Shown here: positions 50,120 to 58,444 of the stretch, piece by piece
Position numbering within the stretch: position 1 is the stretch's first letter
Layout of the letters: the number at the start of each line of letters is the position of its first letter
Source: Acidobacteriota bacterium
GTDB taxonomy: Bacteria; Acidobacteriota; UBA6911; RPQK01; JAJDTT01
Reading direction: 5' to 3'
DNA length: 64,000 bases
Assembly (NCBI GenBank): GCA_965217775.1
Contig: CBDCJH010000002.1
Location: 5,216,001-5,280,000 of the forward strand
Notes under the pieces: generated by a model
Seen by the model: the letters and a program-made list of their open reading frames with translations, nothing else
The model's database searches: none
What the model was told of the DNA's origin: nothing
Position numbers and translations under genes: made by a program

Positions 50120-50422
50120 ATGGCTAGACTTCGACCAAGACCTTTTCGCCGTAGACCGCGGAGGCGGAAGAAGAGGCCTCCCCAGAGACGGGACGAGCCC
50201 AAAGAAAAGAAGTCGGACGCCATCGAGGTCACCGGAACCGTAACCGAGCCGCTTCCCAACGCCATGTTTCGAGTCGAATTGGAAAACGGGCACGTGGTGC
50301 TGGCCCATATTTCCGGGAAGATGCGTCGTCATTTCATCCGAATCCTCCGTGGCGACCGGGTCATGGTCGAGCTTTCACCCTACGATTTGACCCGGGGCCG
50401 TCTCACCTACCGGTACAAGTAA
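50120..50422 (+). CDS. infA: translation initiation factor IF-1 with Arg/Pro-rich N-terminal extension
   Basis: [33 protein letters not shown]...[11 protein letters not shown]. Confidence 0.95.
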   Translation: MARLRPRPFRRRPRRRKKRPPQRRDEPKEKKSDAIEVTGTVTEPLPNAMFRVELENGHVVLAHISGKMRRHFIRILRGDRVMVELSPYDLTRGRLTYRYK

Positions 50423-50431
50423 GCCTCCCCG

Positions 50432-51907
50432 ATGACCAAGGGACGCGCCGTGACTCCCTGGATTCTGATTGCCCTTTCCCTGTTGTTGCCTCCGCTGGGC
50501 CTGATTCTGGTCTGGGCGGGGTCCGGCTGGAGGACGCGGAACCGGTTGCTGGCAAGCCTCGCGCTTCTGGCATTGACGTGGGTTTACGTGTTTCAAGGAC
50601 TGGGACTGAGCATCGAACGGGACGGCACCGGTTGGCGTCCGCTGGTTGCCATTACACCGATCTGGTCCCGGTACGCGACGGTCGAGGGAGCATCCGCTTC
50701 AAGCGCGGCTCACCGTTCTCCTTCGTCGGAAGTCCGAGGCTGGAACGGTTTTCGGGGGTCGGACCGGGACAGCCGTTATCTGGAGGGAGAGATCCGGACC
50801 GTCTGGCCCAGTGACGGACTCCCGCTGCTCTGGCGGCGGTCAGTGGGAGGCGGATACGCTTCCATTGTCGCCGGTTCGGGGCTCCTCTTCACCATCGAAC
50901 AACGGGGGCGCCAGGAAGTCGTGGCTGCCTATGATCCGGAAACCGGCGCCGAAGTCTGGAAACTTGGCTGGGACGCCGAGTTCCAGGAGGTCATGGGGGG
51001 AGACGGGCCCAGGGCGACTCCCCTGTGGCACGAGGGCCGTCTTTACGTCCTGGGGGCCACGGGCGAGTTCCGCTGCTTCGATGCCGCCAGCGGAAAAGTT
51101 CATTGGGGTCTGAACATCCTCTCGGAGAATGGAGCCCGGAATCTGGAATGGGGCATGTCCGCCTCACCCCTGATCACGGGTGACCAGGTCATTCTCCTGC
51201 CCGGCGGTCCTTCCGACAGATCCGTCGTCGCCTATCATCGACTCACCGGCGAGTTCCTCTGGGGGTCGCTCAGCGACAAACAGGCCTACGCCGCGCCGAT
51301 CCAATCCGAGTTGGCCGGGCGGGAGCAGCTGTTGGTCGTGACGGCCGAACGAGTCGTGGGACTGGACCCGGCAGGCGGGGACCTGCTCTGGGAGTACCCA
51401 TGGGTTACGTCCTACGACGTCAATTCGGTGGAACCTCTACTGCTGGGAAACGATCGGTTCTTCATCTCCTCCGGTTACGGCCACGGGGCAGCGGTGCTGG
51501 CGATCGGACGGGACGGCGACGGCTACACCGTAAAGACCGTCTGGAAAAACAAGGAAATGAAGAACAAGTTCAACGGCTCGGTCCTCCATGAGGGTCACGT
51601 CTACGGACTGGATGAGGGCATCCTGGCTTGCGTCGACGTGGCCACGGGAGAGAGGAAGTGGAAGGGAGGCCGTTATGGTTACGGCCAGATTCTTCTGGCC
51701 TCGGACCATCTCGTGGTGCTGACCGAGCGGGGCGACCTGGTTCTGGTCGAGGCCAATGCGGAGGCGCACCGCGAACTGGCGCGATTTTCGGCACTGACCG
51801 GAAAGACCTGGAATTATCCCGTCATCGTCGGGGGGCGGCTCCTGGTGAGGAACCAGACCCAGATGGCCTGCTTCGACGTCAGACCGATGCCGGTCGACCC
51901 CTCATAG
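50432..51907 (+). CDS. PQQ-like beta-propeller membrane protein
   Basis: Two N-terminal TMs, WNGFRG, GPRATP, repeated G..W blades. Confidence 0.85.
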   Translation: MTKGRAVTPWILIALSLLLPPLGLILVWAGSGWRTRNRLLASLALLALTWVYVFQGLGLSIERDGTGWRPLVAITPIWSRYATVEGASASSAAHRSPSSEVRGWNGFRGSDRDSRYLEGEIRTVWPSDGLPLLWRRSVGGGYASIVAGSGLLFTIEQRGRQEVVAAYDPETGAEVWKLGWDAEFQEVMGGDGPRATPLWHEGRLYVLGATGEFRCFDAASGKVHWGLNILSENGARNLEWGMSASPLITGDQVILLPGGPSDRSVVAYHRLTGEFLWGSLSDKQAYAAPIQSELAGREQLLVVTAERVVGLDPAGGDLLWEYPWVTSYDVNSVEPLLLGNDRFFISSGYGHGAAVLAIGRDGDGYTVKTVWKNKEMKNKFNGSVLHEGHVYGLDEGILACVDVATGERKWKGGRYGYGQILLASDHLVVLTERGDLVLVEANAEAHRELARFSALTGKTWNYPVIVGGRLLVRNQTQMACFDVRPMPVDPS

Positions 51908-53272
51908 CACCCACGGCTTTCGATACTCCCGGCGCACGAACCCGTTCGCCTCTTCGTCTCCCAGCACCCGTTCCTTCTTTGCATCCCACCGGATCCGCCG
52001 TCCCAGCCGGAGGGCGATGTTCCCCAGATGGGGAGTCGAGGTGGACCGATGTCCGATCTCCACGTCCGAGTTGGGCTTCTTTCGGCTCCGGACGCAATCC
52101 AGGAAGTTCAGGACGTGGACAAAGTGCTGATCGGAGCCGGGTGCCGTCACGAACCTGGATCGTCCCTCTCCGGAACTCCACTCCCGCCTGCGCCGATCGG
52201 GCGTTTTCTGATCCAGAATCCTCAGGTAGCGGGGCCGCGGAGCAACTGGAGTCCCCCCGGTCTCGGGCCGGATCTCGAAGCCGCCGCGGTTCAGATAGAG
52301 GGTCCCGTCGGTGCCGAAGAACTCGATGCCGTAGCCTCGTCCTGCCGGACCGTGGGCGTTCCCGACCCGGTGGGAGAAGGAGGCGATGAATTCGGGATAC
52401 TCGTAGAGAACCTCCAGCGTGTCGGGGGTCTCCCGGTTGTCGTCGATGCAGAAATTGCCCCCGACGGCGCTTGCGGCCAGCGGGGCGTCCACCTGCATGG
52501 CCCACTGGACGATGTCCAGATGATGGGTGCCCCAGTCGGTGAGCATTCCTCCCGAATAGTCCCAGAACCACCGGAAAGTGTGGGTAAAGCGATTGCCATT
52601 GAAGGGGGCCTTGGGCGCCGGACCCAGCCAGAAATCCCAGTCCAGACCCGGCGGAGGTTCCGTGTCCCGGGGCCGGCCCATCCCGGCCGGACTCTCGTTG
52701 CCGTAATTCCAGGTGTTGACTCGGCTCACCTTGCCGATGGCGCCGTCCTGGACCAGCTTCACGGCCTCCTGGAAGTGCACTCCTGAACGCTGTTGCGTCC
52801 CCATCTGGACGATGCGTCCGTTGCGACGAGCCGCCTCCACCATTTTCCGTCCTTCGTAGATGGTCAGGGAGAGAGGCTTCTCGACGTAGACGTCCTTCCC
52901 GGCATCGCAGGCCATGACGGTGGGCAGGGCATGCCAGTGATCGGGCGTGGAGACGACGACCACGTCCACCTCCTTCAGGTCCAGAACCTGGCGGAAGTCC
53001 TTGTAGGCGGCCGCCCGGCCGCCCTCCTGGTCGTCGGTCATCTGCAGACTCAGGTCCCGGTTGTGGTCCCACACGTCACAGACGGCCGCCACCCGGACCT
53101 GCTCCGATCTGAGAAAGTCCCTCAGATTGCTGCGGCCCATGCCGCCGGTTCCGACGAAGGCGCAGATCGCCCGGTCATTGGCGCCGAGCGGACCTCCCTT
53201 GCTGGTCTGGAGGGCGGGAGCCCCCGCGACTGCTGCTGCCGATACCACGAACTTGCGTCTGTTCATTTTCAT
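51902..53272 (-). CDS. Tat-exported Gfo/Idh/MocA oxidoreductase
   Basis: RRKF, TPDHWH, YVEKP, GTQQRS, DWGTHHLD. Confidence 0.92.
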   Translation of the reverse strand: MKMNRRKFVVSAAAVAGAPALQTSKGGPLGANDRAICAFVGTGGMGRSNLRDFLRSEQVRVAAVCDVWDHNRDLSLQMTDDQEGGRAAAYKDFRQVLDLKEVDVVVVSTPDHWHALPTVMACDAGKDVYVEKPLSLTIYEGRKMVEAARRNGRIVQMGTQQRSGVHFQEAVKLVQDGAIGKVSRVNTWNYGNESPAGMGRPRDTEPPPGLDWDFWLGPAPKAPFNGNRFTHTFRWFWDYSGGMLTDWGTHHLDIVQWAMQVDAPLAASAVGGNFCIDDNRETPDTLEVLYEYPEFIASFSHRVGNAHGPAGRGYGIEFFGTDGTLYLNRGGFEIRPETGGTPVAPRPRYLRILDQKTPDRRRREWSSGEGRSRFVTAPGSDQHFVHVLNFLDCVRSRKKPNSDVEIGHRSTSTPHLGNIALRLGRRIRWDAKKERVLGDEEANGFVRREYRKPWVL

Positions 53273-53372
53273 TGGCCAAGACTCCTGGGCTGGGCTTCGC
53301 TACGGTGCCTAGACTCTAATGTATAATCTCGGAATCGAATAGAGCAGAGATCTCCGAATCGAGGCTGACACT

Positions 53373-53879
53373 ATGAATTGGGACACCTTCCGCCGACTTC
53401 CCGATGACGCCCGGGTCTGGATCAGTGGTTTCGATCGCCCGCTCGGTCCGGCCGAGCAGGAGACGGTCCGCGCGGGAATGGCGCGTTTCTCAGCCGGCTG
53501 GGGTTCACACCAGGTGCCGGTCGAGTCCGCTTTCGAGATCGTTCACGATCGCTTTCTGGTGATCGCCGCGTGTACTCCGGGGTCCGTATCCGGTTGCTCC
53601 ATCGACGGCATGATGAGGAACATCCGGCATCTCTACGCGGCTGTCGGTGTCGCGCCTCCCGCCGGGAATCTTATCTTCTTCCGTGATGAAAGCGGCCGGA
53701 TCCGGTCCATAGACCATATGGAGTTCCGTGACGTGGCCGAGTCGGGTCGGCTCAAGCCCGACACCCTGGTGTTCGATACCATGATTCAGAACCTGGGGCA
53801 GTTGAGAGCCGGCCGCTTCGAACTTCCCTACGGAGAGGCTTGGCACGCTCGGATCTTTCCGCTTCCGGTCGCCACCTGA
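53373..53879 (+). CDS. conserved hypothetical protein
   Basis: ARVWI, W.SH and SGCSID motifs; GAGG RBS. Confidence 0.75.
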   Translation: MNWDTFRRLPDDARVWISGFDRPLGPAEQETVRAGMARFSAGWGSHQVPVESAFEIVHDRFLVIAACTPGSVSGCSIDGMMRNIRHLYAAVGVAPPAGNLIFFRDESGRIRSIDHMEFRDVAESGRLKPDTLVFDTMIQNLGQLRAGRFELPYGEAWHARIFPLPVAT

Positions 53880-54049
53880 TCCTGCCGGCGAAACGGAAAC
53901 TCCTGGTGGCGCGCGCCGGTTGCTGTTCGTCGGGAGGGGTTGCCCCACAGCGAAACGCGGGGCAACGTCCCTATTTCCGGAGAGGGTCCGTTAATTTCAG
54001 TTAACGGACGTTGTCTGAAGTATCACCAGCGTCAGCTATTCCCGGCAGG

Positions 54050-57000
54050 TCATCGGAGAACCGGAACCAAAGGCAACGTCGTGAAGATGCGGTTACCGGC
54101 GTCCATCTCCAGGGCGACGCCAGTGAACATCTTGCCTTCGGGCGCGGTGCAGCGCACCGAACCCTCGAAGTCGGACGTATCGGCCTCCGGGAACAGTTCG
54201 TTGATGAACCTGGCCTGCTGTCCGCCGCCGGCCAATTCCACCGGAGTGGTCGCGAGTACATCTCTCCCCTGTATCAAGTGGCAGGTCATCGTCACGGCCT
54301 CTGCTTCCAGGTTCCGGACCGCCGTCCCGGTGTTGATTCCACCCTCCTTCCGGCGGGCCGGGAAAAGAGCGTCGTTGACGGGTTGGGCGGCTCCCACTCC
54401 CGCCACGCCGACGGCCATGCTGTCAAAGCGCAGAAACCCGCCGATGTATCCGTCCGAGACCACACGCACGGATCCGCTCATCAACGCTCCCCGCCCATGC
54501 GTGGAGATCGTTCGCGCGGCCAGAGGCGGGATCCCCGCCGTGACCGCCAAAGCCCCATCTGCAGTGACCTCCAGATCTCCCGTCACGTCCAACAGCGAAT
54601 CAGCGGAGATCGGGTCCCCCTCCGAACTGAAAAAGCGGACCATCGGAGTGACCGTCTTGGTATCCACGTTCACCAGCACCAAGTCGGAGACGGTGGAGTC
54701 GCCATTGGCAAAGTGTGGAAACTCATTGGTGACAGGATTCCTTTCGCCCGGCGGTCGGATGACCCGGATTCGCAGGTTGCCCGAGTCGGCCACGTAGAGG
54801 TTGCCCGATCCGTCCACTGCCAGCCCGCGAGGGACAGCGAATTGGGCCTCCGTCGCCGGACCTCCGTCGCCGCTATAGCCACCCAGGAAGGGACCCGGCC
54901 CACTTCCCGCAAGGGTGGTGATCACTCTCCCGGCATCGATCCGCCGAATTCGGATCGCGCTCAAGTCGGTCACGTAGAGGTTGCCCGATCCATCCACCGC
55001 CAGAGTGGTGGGAGCAGCGAATTGCGCCTCCGTCGCCGGACCCCCGTCCCCGCTGAATCCCCGGACTCCCGTCCCCGCAATGGTGGTGATCACTCCCTCG
55101 GCATCGATCCGCCGAATCCGGTAGTTGCTTGAGTCGGCCACGTAGAGGTTGCCCGATCCGTCCACTGCCAGCCCGCGAGGGTAAGCGAATTGCGCCTCCG
55201 TCGCCGGACCCCCGTCCCCGCTGAATCCTCGTCCCCCCGTTCCGGCAATGGTGGTAATCATTCCCCCGGCATCGATCCGCCGAATTCGATAGTTGCTCGA
55301 GTCGACCACAAAGAGGTTGCCCGATCCGTCCACTGCCAGCCCGCGAGGGACAGCGAATTGCGCCTCCGTCGCCGGACCCCCGTCCCCGCTGAATCCCCGG
55401 ACTCCCGTCCCCGCGATGGTGGTGATCACTCCCTCGGCATCGATCCGCCGGATTCGGTTGCCGTTAAAATCGGACACGTAGAGGTTGCCCGACCCATCTA
55501 CCGCCAGCCCGCCGGGAGCAGCGAATTGCGCCTCCGTCGCCGGACCTCCGTCCCCGCCGGCGCCAGCCTTGCCTGTTCCCGCGAAGGTGAAGACATAAGG
55601 TTTTTCGACGTCGCCATCCAAAGTCGCGGTCACTGCCACCAAAGGCAACGTCGTGAAGATGCGGTTACCGGCGTCCATCTCCAGGGCGACGCCAGTGAAC
55701 ATCTTGCCTTCGGGCGCGGTGCAGCGCACCGAACCCTCGAAGTCGGACGTATCGGCCTCCGGGAACAGTTCGTTGATGAACCTGGCCTGCTGTCCGCCGC
55801 CGGCCAATTCCACCGGAGTGGTCGCGAGTACATCTCTCCCCTGTATCAAGTGGCAGGTCATCGTCACGGCCTCTGCCTCCAGGTTCCGGACCGCCGTCCC
55901 GGTGTTGATTCCACCCTCCTTCCGGCGGGCCGGGAAAAGAGCGTCGTTGACGGGTTGGGCGGCTCCCACTCCCGCCACGCCGACGGCCATGCTGTCAAAG
56001 CGCAGAAACCCGCCGATGTATCCGTCCGAGACCACACGCACGGATCCGCTCATCAACGCTCCCCGCCCATGCGTGGAGATCGTTCGCGCGGCCAGAGGCG
56101 GGATCCCCGCCGTGACCGCCAAAGCCCCATCTGCCGTGACCTCCAGATCTCCCGTCACGTCCAACAGCGAATCAGCGGAGATCGGGCCCCCCTCCGAACT
56201 GAAAAAGCGGACCATCGGAGTGACCGTCTTGGTATCCACGTTCACCAGCACCAAGTCGGAGACGGTGGAGTCGCCATTGGCAAAGTGTGGAAACTCATTG
56301 GTGACAGGATTCCTTTCGCCCGGCGGTCGGATGACCCGGATTCGCAGGTTGCCCGAGTCGGCCACGTAGAGGTTGCCCGATCCGTCCACTGCCAGCCCGC
56401 GAGGGACAGCGAATTGGGCCTCCGTCGCCGGACCTCCGTCGCCGCTATAGCCACCCAGGGAGGGAACCGGCCCACTTCCCGCGACGGTGGTGATTACTCC
56501 CTGGGCATCGATCCGCCGGATTCGGTCGTTGTGCGAGTCAGACACGTAGAGGTTGCCCGATCCGTCCAACGCCAGGCTTCCGGGGACAGCGAATTGGGCC
56601 TCCGTCGCTGGACCTCCGTCCCCGCTATAGCCACCCTCGTAGAAACCTGGTCCACTTCCTGCAATGGTCGTGACCATGCCCTCAGCATCGATCCGCCGGA
56701 TTCGGCTGTTGCCCGAGTCAGCCACGTAGAAGTTGCCCGAGTCGTCAAACGCCAGTCCACTGGGATAAGCGAATTGCGCCTCCGTCGCCGGACTCCCGTC
56801 CCCGCTGAATCCCCGGATCCCCGTTCCCGCGATGGTAGTGATCACTCCCTCAGCATCGATCCGCCGGATCCGGTGGTTGCCCGAGTCGGCCACGTAGAGG
56901 TTCCCCGATCCGTCCGCCGCCAGATAGTCGGAAGTAGAGAATTGGGCCTCCGTCGCGGGACCCCCATCTCCGCTGAATCCCCGGACTCCCGTTCCTGCGA

Positions 57001-57457
57001 TGGTAGTGATCACTCCCTCGGCATCGATCCGCCGGATTCGGTAGTTGAACGAGTCGGCCACGTAGAGGTTGCCGGACCCATCCACCGCCAGATCGGTGGG
57101 AGCAGCGAATTGCGCCTCTGTCGCCGGACTCCCGTCCCCGCTGAATCCCCGGACTCCCGTCCCCGCGATGGTGGTGATCACTCCCTCGGCATCGATCCGC
57201 CGGATCCGGTGGTTGCCCGAGTCGGCCACGTAGAGGTTCCCCGATCCGTCCACTGCCAGCCCGCGGGGCTCCGAGAGTTGCGCCTCCGTCGCCGGACCTC
57301 CGTCCCCACCGGCGCCAGCTTCGCCCGTTCCCGCGAAGGTGAAGACATATCGATCGCCTTCATCGGCAAGCAACACGGCAAACACCGCAAGGATGGCCGC
57401 AACGACAATCACAATCGTCGGGAATCTCCGCGTGAGGTCTCTAACATGCAGTTTCAT
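54050..57457 (-). CDS. secreted NHL-repeat protein built from two NHL + beta-domain modules
   Basis: Repeats GFSGDGGPATEAQF..P.GLAVDGSGNLYVADS.N.RIRRID; start taken at MKLHVRD, before the signal anchor. Confidence 0.9.
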   Translation of the reverse strand: MKLHVRDLTRRFPTIVIVVAAILAVFAVLLADEGDRYVFTFAGTGEAGAGGDGGPATEAQLSEPRGLAVDGSGNLYVADSGNHRIRRIDAEGVITTIAGTGVRGFSGDGSPATEAQFAAPTDLAVDGSGNLYVADSFNYRIRRIDAEGVITTIAGTGVRGFSGDGGPATEAQFSTSDYLAADGSGNLYVADSGNHRIRRIDAEGVITTIAGTGIRGFSGDGSPATEAQFAYPSGLAFDDSGNFYVADSGNSRIRRIDAEGMVTTIAGSGPGFYEGGYSGDGGPATEAQFAVPGSLALDGSGNLYVSDSHNDRIRRIDAQGVITTVAGSGPVPSLGGYSGDGGPATEAQFAVPRGLAVDGSGNLYVADSGNLRIRVIRPPGERNPVTNEFPHFANGDSTVSDLVLVNVDTKTVTPMVRFFSSEGGPISADSLLDVTGDLEVTADGALAVTAGIPPLAARTISTHGRGALMSGSVRVVSDGYIGGFLRFDSMAVGVAGVGAAQPVNDALFPARRKEGGINTGTAVRNLEAEAVTMTCHLIQGRDVLATTPVELAGGGQQARFINELFPEADTSDFEGSVRCTAPEGKMFTGVALEMDAGNRIFTTLPLVAVTATLDGDVEKPYVFTFAGTGKAGAGGDGGPATEAQFAAPGGLAVDGSGNLYVSDFNGNRIRRIDAEGVITTIAGTGVRGFSGDGGPATEAQFAVPRGLAVDGSGNLFVVDSSNYRIRRIDAGGMITTIAGTGGRGFSGDGGPATEAQFAYPRGLAVDGSGNLYVADSSNYRIRRIDAEGVITTIAGTGVRGFSGDGGPATEAQFAAPTTLAVDGSGNLYVTDLSAIRIRRIDAGRVITTLAGSGPGPFLGGYSGDGGPATEAQFAVPRGLAVDGSGNLYVADSGNLRIRVIRPPGERNPVTNEFPHFANGDSTVSDLVLVNVDTKTVTPMVRFFSSEGDPISADSLLDVTGDLEVTADGALAVTAGIPPLAARTISTHGRGALMSGSVRVVSDGYIGGFLRFDSMAVGVAGVGAAQPVNDALFPARRKEGGINTGTAVRNLEAEAVTMTCHLIQGRDVLATTPVELAGGGQQARFINELFPEADTSDFEGSVRCTAPEGKMFTGVALEMDAGNRIFTTLPLVPVLR
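54066..56459. repeat. near-identical 822-bp intragenic direct repeat (54066-54887 / 55638-56459)
   Basis: Offset 1572 bp; only 3 mismatches seen by eye. Confidence 0.9.
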
Positions 57458-57550
57458 CGGGAAATTCTCCTGTTGGTTTGCATTTCTCTCCATCGAGACA
57501 ATCGATTGAACAGTCGCATATCGTGCATGGGAAAATACTCGAACTCCCCC

Positions 57551-57575
57551 GAGAAGGGGACAGTCACCTTCTCTC
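57551..57575 (-). repeat. GACTGTCCC-core hairpin motif
   Basis: GAGAAGG-GGACAGTCA-CCTTCTC(TC); an identical 25-mer lies at 63084-63108. Confidence 0.8.
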
Positions 57576-57780
57576 GTGGGCCGATGCGGTTTCCAACCAG
57601 GAAGTCCAGGTGAGCATGAGACTGCAATGAGGGGCTTTGCAAGACCAATAGCTGCCATGTCAAGACATCCGCAGTACTCCCATCTATCTCTCCTTGCCCA
57701 TCGGGGCAGTGGGGGCTCAGAGAGGTGGCATATGGATTGGAGATATGAATGGGAGTGAGGACAGTTCGGGACTGGGTGTG

Positions 57781-58296
57781 CTAACGACTTTCGGGCGCTT
57801 TGTAGACCACGATGTCTTCGGGTTTCGTCGCGGCGTCGGCAGCAACCCCTATTCCGGCCCCAATTCCTGCCCCAAGAGCACCGAATCCCAACGCCAACCC
57901 GGCGATTTCGGTGTTCGACTCTCCACTTACACCTATGACCATTGCAAGCAAGGAGAGACTCCCAGCGAATGCGGCTCCGGTTACGGCTCCTTTCCATGCG
58001 CCATCGCCCACGCCATCCTTGGAAGGAATTGTAATGGTCTGGATGTCCATTCTCGGAATTGTTGCCCAGCCAGCGGGACTCAGGAGCTCCAGATCCGATA
58101 CTGATAGGCCTCGGAACTGGCCGCTGATTCGATCCCCGTTTTTCAGTTCCACTTTGATGGGCGACGCTATTTCCAAAGCGGAGACCTTTTCCCAGCGGCC
58201 CGGGATCACCTCCGCATGTGCTGGGATGGAGATCAATCCAGCCAGAATCAAAGAGACGATTTGGATCCGGTATGACTTCATGGTTGAGGATTTCAT
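57781..58296 (-). CDS. small secreted/membrane hypothetical protein (Sm-like domain + Gly-rich TMs)
   Basis: Signal peptide, GRWEKV, glycine-zipper helices, IVVYKAP end. Confidence 0.75.
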   Translation of the reverse strand: MKSSTMKSYRIQIVSLILAGLISIPAHAEVIPGRWEKVSALEIASPIKVELKNGDRISGQFRGLSVSDLELLSPAGWATIPRMDIQTITIPSKDGVGDGAWKGAVTGAAFAGSLSLLAMVIGVSGESNTEIAGLALGFGALGAGIGAGIGVAADAATKPEDIVVYKAPESR

Positions 58297-58371
58297 TTCG
58301 GCACGTCCTTGTGCTTTGAACTGACTCCACTGTCTGTTGAGAACGTTAGACGTCATCTTCTAATCAGCAAA

Positions 58372-58398
58372 TGTGATTTTTTCGCGGGAATGGGCTCA
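58372..58398 (-). promoter_or_regulatory. repeated promoter-like element TGAGCC-N16-TCACA, copy 1
   Basis: Five copies with an invariant 16-nt spacer, each upstream of a minus-strand gene or remnant. Confidence 0.65.
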
Positions 58399-58444
58399 AC
58401 TGGAGCGAGCCGGAAGAAAATCACAAGACACATCTGGCCCTCGA

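Noticed and set aside
57458-58330. 1426-aa version of the NHL protein
   Set aside because: The extension overlaps a separate gene in another frame and the hairpin motif; the signal anchor follows Met at 57457.
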